Below are positions 57,306 through 64,000 of a DNA stretch of 64,000 nt, piece by piece. Position 1 is the first letter of the stretch; every line of letters begins with the position of its first letter. The notes below the pieces were generated by a model, which searched no databases, was not told the DNA's origin, and saw nothing but the letters and a program-made list of their open reading frames with translations. The stretch covers positions 105,503 through 169,502 of the forward strand of contig CAVQGK010000018.1 in the NCBI GenBank assembly GCA_963712005.1, read 5' to 3'. A program made the position numbers and the translations under genes. This stretch comes from an uncultured Chloroflexia bacterium (GTDB lineage Bacteria; Chloroflexota; Ktedonobacteria; Ktedonobacterales; JADMIN01).

Positions 57306-58259
57306 CTAATAGATGAAGCTGACGCCAGAGCGGACGTAGACGTAGCGGAAGTCCACCTTGCCAAAGCCGCCGCCGTCCCAGTAGAAGTTCATCTCCGAGA
57401 TGATGAACCAGCCGCCGCCGAGCACCGCCTCGACGTGTCCGGCATGCCCGGTGCCGCCCGCGCCTTCAACACCCGGCTGGAAGATCACCGTCGCGCCGAC
57501 GGCGGGCTGGCTGCCAACCGAGAGGCCGTACTTCGGCGCGTTGGCTGGCCAGGTGTGGGAGACGCCAAGCTTCATCAGCGGCTCGCTCTGGTGGCGATAC
57601 CAAGCGTACCACGTGCAGACGCCGTAGGCGCTGGCGTAGGGATCGCCCGCGAAGTCCCTGAGGCTGTAGGTGGGGTGGCCCGGCACAGGCGACCAGGGAT
57701 TGTAGCCGCCGCTGGGCGCGGAGCTACCGGTCGTGCCCTGCGGGAAGGTGGTCGTGTGGACGCTGGTCGTTGCCGTGGTGGTCGTCTTGCGCTTCATCAC
57801 AGGCTTGAGAACATTCGCTGTTCGGACATGCTGATGGGTGGTCTGGTCGAAGGCCAGTAGATCGCTGGCAACAGGCCATTCGCCCGTGGGATTCGGCGCC
57901 CAGGAGCCATCATCGGAGAGCAGGCGCATCGAGGCATCGACATGCCAGCGGGTGGTGCAATGGGTCAGCATCTGCCCGGCGACGTTGTATGCTCGATCGT
58001 CGGCGAGATCGTAGTCCCAGACGACTTGGCCCATGCCCGTGCTGGCCGCCAGCCCCGGCAGCACCACCTTCACCACTGGAGCAGAGGCGCTCCAGCTCCG
58101 GCAGAACCACTGCCCATCGAAGTTGACCCAGGTGTAGCCTGGCGCGGCGTGCGCCTGTGGCGTGGCATTGGCGGCGCCTGCGCCGAGCGCTATCCCGCCC
58201 AGTAGAACGAGCGAGAGCAGTTGCCCGCGCGACATCCGTCGAATCTGTGCTGCTAACAA
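57306..58259 (-). CDS. Secreted CHAP-domain protein (paralog of 43151..44743)
   Basis: Signal peptide (LLSLVLLGGIALGAGAANA). The C-terminus has GVCTWYAWYRH ... GHAGHVEAV ... SEMNFYWDGGGFGKVDFRYVYVRSGVSFIY. Confidence 0.85.
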   Translation of the reverse strand: MLAAQIRRMSRGQLLSLVLLGGIALGAGAANATPQAHAAPGYTWVNFDGQWFCRSWSASAPVVKVVLPGLAASTGMGQVVWDYDLADDRAYNVAGQMLTHCTTRWHVDASMRLLSDDGSWAPNPTGEWPVASDLLAFDQTTHQHVRTANVLKPVMKRKTTTTATTSVHTTTFPQGTTGSSAPSGGYNPWSPVPGHPTYSLRDFAGDPYASAYGVCTWYAWYRHQSEPLMKLGVSHTWPANAPKYGLSVGSQPAVGATVIFQPGVEGAGGTGHAGHVEAVLGGGWFIISEMNFYWDGGGFGKVDFRYVYVRSGVSFIY

Positions 58260-58967
58260 GAGCCGTACCTCCCTTTAGAGGGAAGTCACGGGCGCAAGCA
58301 TGCCCGCGTCTCCCCTCCCCGGCAGCGAAGGCGCGCTCCTGCGCCCTGCCATCCGCTCCACACCGCGCCGACAATCCTGCGGCGATCCACCACCCACTCC
58401 ACATCGCTGACCCCTGGGTTAACCGAGAACGGCCGACCCTGCCAGCGCCCTGTGGCGACTCTTCACCATTTGCTCTCCTCTCGCCCACCGAGAGCTAGAA
58501 CAAATGTGCTTTCTGAGATCCAACAGCACTATACCTGGGTTTGCGACAACTGGCCAGCGCTATCATGCCCGCCTGGTACCAATGGGCTACGCTGCCCGCT
58601 GCCGCGATGCGCCCGACCTGTGTAGTGCCAATGCAGTATTTCCTGTGTGACAGGAAGTAATGCATTGCATTCACAGTGGATGATACCATACCAGCCACAT
58701 CCGTGCAAACGAGTACTATTTGGCGGCCCCATGCAAACGGACATGCGAAAGGGCCTGCCGGATGTACACGACAAGCCCTTGAGTCTATGAGTGATCTCAT
58801 AAATGGTTGACACGCTTCATATGGATGCAGCGTGCCGTTGACGATAAGTTGACGGTATGTGGCTTGCCATTAAGGGTACAATGGTAGCTGACGGGCAATT
58901 CTTGGGTTCGCGTGTACATGTACACCCGTTGCATACGTCCTCCTATCACAAGACCAGGAGATTAGCG

Positions 58968-59384
58968 ATGGCCGAACCGCTGCTCACAATTACCTCGATC
59001 AACGATGGCGTGGAGCTCGTGCTCACCGACACCTCCGTCAGCATGAAGCTCTCCGACACGATCCTGCAGCAAGCCCAACACGAGATGCAGCAGGACTTGC
59101 AGAATGACCGCGACGTGCAGAAGGGCGGCCTGGTGGCGCGCTTCGCACATTTCGTCACCAGTGCGGTAGAGGGTCTCCTGCACCATACCATCGAATATTC
59201 CATCCACGACATCGCCTCGGTAGCCTATCAGGATGGCGGTCTGGTCTTCACCTATAGCAAGAAGCATGCGCTCTCTTTCGAGACCGTCAATATAGACGGA
59301 ACATCGGCGCTCAAGTCGTTTGCCGAGGCCGACGCCCGCGCGTTTGTGCAGCGCTTTGCCGACGTGAAGGCACGCCAGCGTTGA
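58968..59384 (+). CDS. Hypothetical protein
   Basis: 138 aa from the ATG at 58968 after aggagattagcg. No motif recognised. Confidence 0.5.
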   Translation: MAEPLLTITSINDGVELVLTDTSVSMKLSDTILQQAQHEMQQDLQNDRDVQKGGLVARFAHFVTSAVEGLLHHTIEYSIHDIASVAYQDGGLVFTYSKKHALSFETVNIDGTSALKSFAEADARAFVQRFADVKARQR

Positions 59385-59605
59385 CCGACTCACAGGTGGG
59401 CCAGTAGCCCCCAGATCGCCAACTCCAGAAGAGGGGATAGGTCGTGCGCTACGAGTCAATTACCTGGGTGTCATTCCTGCTGACGGCATCCTGATCTTGC
59501 GTATACACGCTTTATGAGATGGCTTGCATTGTCCCACCTATGCGAAAAGGCTCACCGGGGAGGCGCTTTCGCCCGGCAAGCCTTTGTGCGTCTGCGTCGA
59601 GTGGT

Positions 59606-61072
59606 TTAGCCTGGATATTGCGTCCAGTTGCCGTTCTGGTAGTGGTAGAGGGCAGAGCGGCCTCCGGCTGTGCCGATGGCCCAGCCTTCGTCATCGGCCA
59701 CCAAACTGAAGGTACTCGGAAAGATTGTCGAAGGCGCTACCACCGCTTCCCATGAGCCATTGAGGTAGCGAGCGACCGCGCCATTGTGTCCGGAGTCGTC
59801 AATATCAAATAGCCACGCCCCGCCAGATGGCGAAATCACCGCTGCATAGCTGCTACTGGACGGTCCGGTGAAACTGGCGGGAATCGCCACCTTTGTCCAG
59901 GTGGAACCGTCGAAGTGATAGAGCGGAGTGCTGTTGGCGTTGATGCCGGTCAGCCAGCCATTCTCCGATGTGTCCATGGTGATATGGTATTCCTGGACGC
60001 CGGGCAGCGTATAGGCCACCTGGAAGGAGTCGCCTGTATAGCGCAGAATCTCGGTGCTATTACTGCTAGCGACACGATACAGCAACCAGCATTCGCCCGA
60101 CTCGGTCACAGAGAAATCGAGCTGTGTCTCATCGCTAATCTCCCGCAAGGCCGGTGGCAGTGGGACGACAGACCATGCGCCCCCGGTATAGCGCAGCATC
60201 CCAAATACGCCACTCTGCTTATCGGCGGACTGGATGAAGGCTTTCGCCCAGCCATCGGTTCGCGAGACCATTTGTACTTTAGAGATTCCGCCAACACCGG
60301 GTACTGCGACGGCCACCCACTGCCCGTTGGTATAGTGCAGCATGCCACCATCGCCGGTCATCCAGCCATCGGTTGGCGAATCCATCGAGAGGCTATCGGC
60401 GCTCAATAACAATTGCAACTGGGGTAGGGTACCCGGCCAGATTGCCCATTGCCCATCGTGGTAGCGCAACAGGAGAACATGCTGGGGGTCGCCAGCCACC
60501 CCTGCCGCCCAGCCGTCGGTTGGTGAAGTCATCGAGAGAGCTAGCAGCGCGGTTCCCGCTGGCAGATGCAGCGGCGCGAGTGGCTGGTGGGCAATCGCCG
60601 TTGCGGTTGGCGCGCTGTTCCGTGCGGGGCCATGCGATGTCTGGGAAAAGAGGGCGAAGAGCGTGGCCGCCAGCCCCACCAACAGCAGCGCGGCCGCCAC
60701 CGCCGCGATACCGGTGAGCCGACCGGGACGGTGCTGCGGGCGGTTGGGCGGCTCAGCGAGCGGGGGCGTTGGCGCGAAGCCAGTGGACGGCTGTGTCGAC
60801 GGATCCTGCGTATCGATACTATTCACGATGTTCTCCATAGTGAGAAAAGGTGGCGTGCCCGGTGACAGCTCGCCAAAATGGCGTTGCAGAGCGCCATCCA
60901 CGATAGCATGGGCGGCGTACTCACGCGCGCACCACGCGCAGGTTTTCAGGTGGGCGCGGGCGCGGATAGCTTCTTCGGCACTGAGATCGGATGAATCAAG
61001 CAGTGGGAGGAGTGGCGCGATGGCCGCGCAGTCCGGGCCTGGGAGAACAGTTTGTGGCTCTATGGTAGTCAT
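59606..61072 (-). CDS. Anti-sigma factor (zf-HC2) with TM helix and seven-repeat extracytoplasmic domain
   Basis: HLKTCAWCAREY zinc-finger motif, a TM helix (IAAVAAALLLVGLAATLFALF), then seven ...TDGW...L(R/H)Y.nG.W... repeats. The start overlaps the sigma gene stop (ATGA). Confidence 0.8.
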   Translation of the reverse strand: MTTIEPQTVLPGPDCAAIAPLLPLLDSSDLSAEEAIRARAHLKTCAWCAREYAAHAIVDGALQRHFGELSPGTPPFLTMENIVNSIDTQDPSTQPSTGFAPTPPLAEPPNRPQHRPGRLTGIAAVAAALLLVGLAATLFALFSQTSHGPARNSAPTATAIAHQPLAPLHLPAGTALLALSMTSPTDGWAAGVAGDPQHVLLLRYHDGQWAIWPGTLPQLQLLLSADSLSMDSPTDGWMTGDGGMLHYTNGQWVAVAVPGVGGISKVQMVSRTDGWAKAFIQSADKQSGVFGMLRYTGGAWSVVPLPPALREISDETQLDFSVTESGECWLLYRVASSNSTEILRYTGDSFQVAYTLPGVQEYHITMDTSENGWLTGINANSTPLYHFDGSTWTKVAIPASFTGPSSSSYAAVISPSGGAWLFDIDDSGHNGAVARYLNGSWEAVVAPSTIFPSTFSLVADDEGWAIGTAGGRSALYHYQNGNWTQYPG

Positions 61073-61671
61073 CGCGGATCCTCCCCCTGCGTGCGGTTCT
61101 GGTCGAAATAAGAGATGCGCAGCCGCTGCTTGGCGCGGGTCAGTCGCTTCTTCGCCGCCGCGACCGAGATATCCAGAATTGCGGCGATTTCAGTGGAGGT
61201 CAGCCCCCACACGGCATGCAGCAGCACGCAGGCGGTGTCTTCAATTGAAAGTTGTTGCAGCGCATCACGCAGAGCCTCTCGCTCAACGATCTGGTCATCG
61301 AACGGCTTTGGCTCGCCGTCCCAGGGGAGCAGCGTCTCCATCGACGGCTCAAGCGGTTGCCAGTTGATGATTTTTCTGCGCCGATACGCTGAGACCGCTC
61401 GACGATAGGCCACATGGAAGAGCCAGCGCCGTATTCCATCTTCATTGTCGGCGGCGCTTGTGAATGGCGGTGAACCCTGACGAGCAAGCTTCCACGCATC
61501 CACGAACACATCCTGAACGATGTCGCGCGCCTGCTCCTCGTCCCGTACTAACCCACGCACGAAGCCAACCAGTGGCCATTGCAGCGTATTCAGCGCCTGG
61601 GCAAAGGCATCCGTGGGATGCGGATCAGAGGCGACGACATCATGCAGGTGGGACTCCTGTGAATGACGCAC
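61069..61671 (-). CDS. ECF (group IV) RNA polymerase sigma factor
   Basis: Region 2 (DIVQDVFVDAWK...WLFHVAYRRAVSAYRRR) and region 4 (LTSTEIAAILDISVAAAKKRLTRAKQRL). GTG start. Confidence 0.9.
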   Translation of the reverse strand: MRHSQESHLHDVVASDPHPTDAFAQALNTLQWPLVGFVRGLVRDEEQARDIVQDVFVDAWKLARQGSPPFTSAADNEDGIRRWLFHVAYRRAVSAYRRRKIINWQPLEPSMETLLPWDGEPKPFDDQIVEREALRDALQQLSIEDTACVLLHAVWGLTSTEIAAILDISVAAAKKRLTRAKQRLRISYFDQNRTQGEDPR

Positions 61672-61897
61672 GCTTCGCTGTATAACCGGTTACACCCCGC
61701 TATCGCGCGGGCAGAACAGATGTGGACACATCATGCTCCGGTTCATGGTGGATACACTGCCCAGATCACCTGGCTCATGGCCTAGTAGCTTATCCAAAAC
61801 ACGCTGAGGGCTTGCTGGTGAGTAGGACACCCCACAGCAAGCCCCTGGAAATATTCGATTGGAGGTCGGCGACGGACACCGTTCGGTTCAAACGCTG

Positions 61898-63240
61898 CTA
61901 CGGCGCGCAGACGTATTTGTCCGTCGTATCACTGGCGGGAATCTGGCTCAGCAGCGGCGGTTTGGTACAGTTGCTGCCGTTCCACTTTACTGCGGCGCTA
62001 TCGAAGATTGTCGGCTGCATCGTCGAGATGTGCGCTGATGTGCTGGCGTCGTAATTCAGCCCGAAGGCGAAGGTGTACGTGCCCGGCGCGGTTGGAGGCG
62101 TCATCCTGATAGCAATGAAGAGCATCTGGCCGGGGCCGAGGCTCACTGGCAACGGCGGCGCGTTTCCAATATTGCTACTGTCCTGAATCGCCGTTACCTG
62201 TGCCCCCGATGTCGCGTTCGCGGCGAAGTCCACCCGGAGCCATTCATCAGCGGCAAGTCCACCGCCGCAGCCACCACCAGCCACACCGTTTGGCCGCTGA
62301 TAATACTGGTCACAGAACATGTAGGTGTTAAGCGGCCCGCTATAGGCCGTGAACGCCGCGATACGGACGGTCAGGCTTCGAATCACATGGCTGGTGGTGT
62401 TCGAGGTGTTGCAGACCGTCAGGTCGTACCAGGGCTGTGGGTTGACCGGTGGATTCGGCGGATTGGGCAAGTTATTCGGCAGTTGATAGGGCTTCGCCTG
62501 ATCGAGATTGGCCGGTAGCTCATTGGCGGGATACGCATTCGCGAAACCCACCTGACTCACCTTCAGGTCGCCAATCTGCACGTAGCTGGTCTGGCCAGAG
62601 GTGTCTGTGCTACATGGGTGCCCAGAGTTCACAACACCGGTTGTGGTGTTCTGCGTCGGCTCAGGCGTCGCCGTTGGTTGTATGGTCGCTGTCGGTAGTA
62701 TCGGTCGCGGTGGGCGTGCTGCTCTGCGCCGGGCCGCTGGATGGCCGCCCGAAGACAGCGAAGAGTGTCGCCGCCAGGCCAATCAGCAACACCACCGCAA
62801 TGGTCGCCAGCACCGGGCGCTTGCGCGTGTTCGGTGTATGCTGCGGTGGCCGTCGGTCTGATCGCGGCAGGTTGGACATTTCGTAGGTTGTCTCATCCCA
62901 GTCATTGAACATAGAGTTATCTCTCTGACCTCCCCATGATGCCTGGGACTGATGATGATTCATCCGCGCGGGGGATGTCGATGGAACGCGCGTGACGGCG
63001 ATCTGCACGAGATCATCGGCGGCGGCCGCGGTCCGCGCGAAATGGCCCATGTAGGTGTAAGCGCGGCATCCAGCCGGTCGTAGGCCGCCAGTTGCGCCTG
63101 GCAGTAGCCGCAGGTGGCGAGATGGGCGCGCAGAGACGCTCTTCGGCGCGAGTGAGCGTTCCCTGCCGGAATTGCGGCAATAGCTCGGCATACCTGGCGC
63201 ATTCAGGGCCGGACGGATGCCGCATGTTGAACGTGTTCAT
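61898..63240 (-). pseudogene. Second anti-sigma factor, three frameshifts
   Basis: The pieces 63013..63240, 62960..63202, 62661..63191 and 61898..62782 chain as MNTFNMRHPSGPECARYAELLP...|HLATCGYCQAQLAAYDRLDAAL|...LLIGLAATLFAVF...|...PTATPEPTQNTTTG.... Frame changes lie near 63125, 63060 and 62690. Confidence 0.7.
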
Positions 63241-63804
63241 GGCCGTCCTCCCGGGTTGGAGGCGTTTTGCGCCAGATAGGCAGAGAGCAGGCGGCGCTTC
63301 GCCCGGCCGATGCGCTTGCCCATCGCCGTCGCGGACGAGCCGATGATTGCGGCGGCTTCCTGGGCGGTGAATCCCTGGACGACCATCAGCAGCAGGCAGG
63401 CGCTATCTTCCGGGTTGAGTGTGGCCAGCGCGCGTTGCATCGCCTCGCTCTCGGCCACCAGCTCCTCGAACGAGTAAGATGTCCGTCCTCGGGAGTCGCT
63501 CGAAGTCCAGCAGTTCATGGAGCGACTCCCAGCGAATCAGCCGCCTGCGCCGCAGGCTATCGACCGCGCGCCGATAGGCGACACGATAGAGCCAGCGCCG
63601 TATTTCCGCCTCATCGCCGTTGGCCAGCAGCGGCGGAGCGCCCTGTAGCGCCGCACTCCACGCCGCGATGAACGTGTCTTGCAGCAGGTCGCGCGCAAGC
63701 TCCGGATCATGCACGAGGCCGCAGAGAAACACATGCAGCGGCTGGGTGTAGCGCCGAGCCAGCGCGGTGAATGCATCGAGCGAGAGATTGCTCACAAGCT
63801 CCAC
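63237..63804 (-). pseudogene. Second ECF sigma factor, one frameshift near 63500
   Basis: LLQDTFIAAWSAALQG...WLYRVAYRRAVDSLRRRR (frame of 63403..63936) continues as ...EELVAESEAMQRALATLNPEDSACLLLMVVQGFTAQEAAAIIGSSATAMGKRIGRAKRRL (frame of 63237..63518). The start is uncertain. Confidence 0.7.
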
Positions 63805-64000
63805 AGAGACCACTTTCTGCCGAGACGACGAGAAGCGCCTGCCTTCTCTCTCAGTATTTCTATCGAATGAGGCGGCTGCTTTTTGACAGGTCCCCTTGAA
63901 ACAGGCCGAGAACGATGCGCGCGTGGCGCGATACAATCCCAGTGCGTAGGTAGAACGGCTGAGCGCGGCGAGAAGCAGCAGGCCAGAGACAGGACGAGGA

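Noticed and set aside
1-64000. Uniform sequencing-indel artefact as the sole explanation of all frameshifts
   Set aside because: Disruptions cluster (5 in one 2.1-kb gene, 3 in another) while ORFs of up to 3.5 kb are intact, and one lesion is a nonsense codon. Artefact remains possible for single isolated events and needs read-level checking.
1-64000. rRNA or tRNA genes
   Set aside because: Reading both strands, I saw no cloverleaf-like T-arm or anticodon-arm signatures and no rRNA-like conserved blocks. This was a visual scan only; tRNAscan-SE or Infernal should confirm it.

Overview
High-GC bacterial chromosomal segment; the gene content (F420-type DUF385 enzyme, Asp23/AmaP locus, pentapeptide-channel proteins, CHAP proteins) suggests Chloroflexota or Actinobacteria, but the phylum cannot be fixed from sequence alone. 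No rRNA, tRNA or CRISPR array was recognised. Housekeeping and accessory genes include an Asp23/AmaP/DUF2273 envelope-stress locus, a SulP permease, an arylsulfatase, and hsp20 with an HspR-like MerR regulator. There are also a CrtI-like oxidoreductase, a Zn-ADH, a NarL-type two-component system, two PQQ-propeller lipoproteins and an ArsR/DUF5937 regulator. The rest comprises the glycine-cleavage genes gcvT/H/PA/PB, two CHAP-domain proteins, a TetR unit, a WYL regulator with a YcaQ/AlkZ-like glycosylase, and two ECF sigma/anti-sigma pairs. The window is heavily remodelled. It carries one IS5-like element, two copies of an unusual IS701-like element with an extra DUF4096 reading frame, an IS630 element inside a phage terminase remnant, an IS5-type fragment, and a 2.2-kb serine-recombinase cassette between gcvT and gcvH. 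A MITE/REP-like palindromic repeat family is also present. At least ten genes carry frameshifts or a nonsense codon, while very long neighbouring ORFs are intact. The most system-like unexplained unit is a low-GC operon at 30.4-35.7 kb: a soluble multi-GAF histidine kinase, an orphan receiver and a pore-loop channel with an unassigned N-domain. All calls rest on reading the ORF translations and the DNA by eye; no searches or computations were run.
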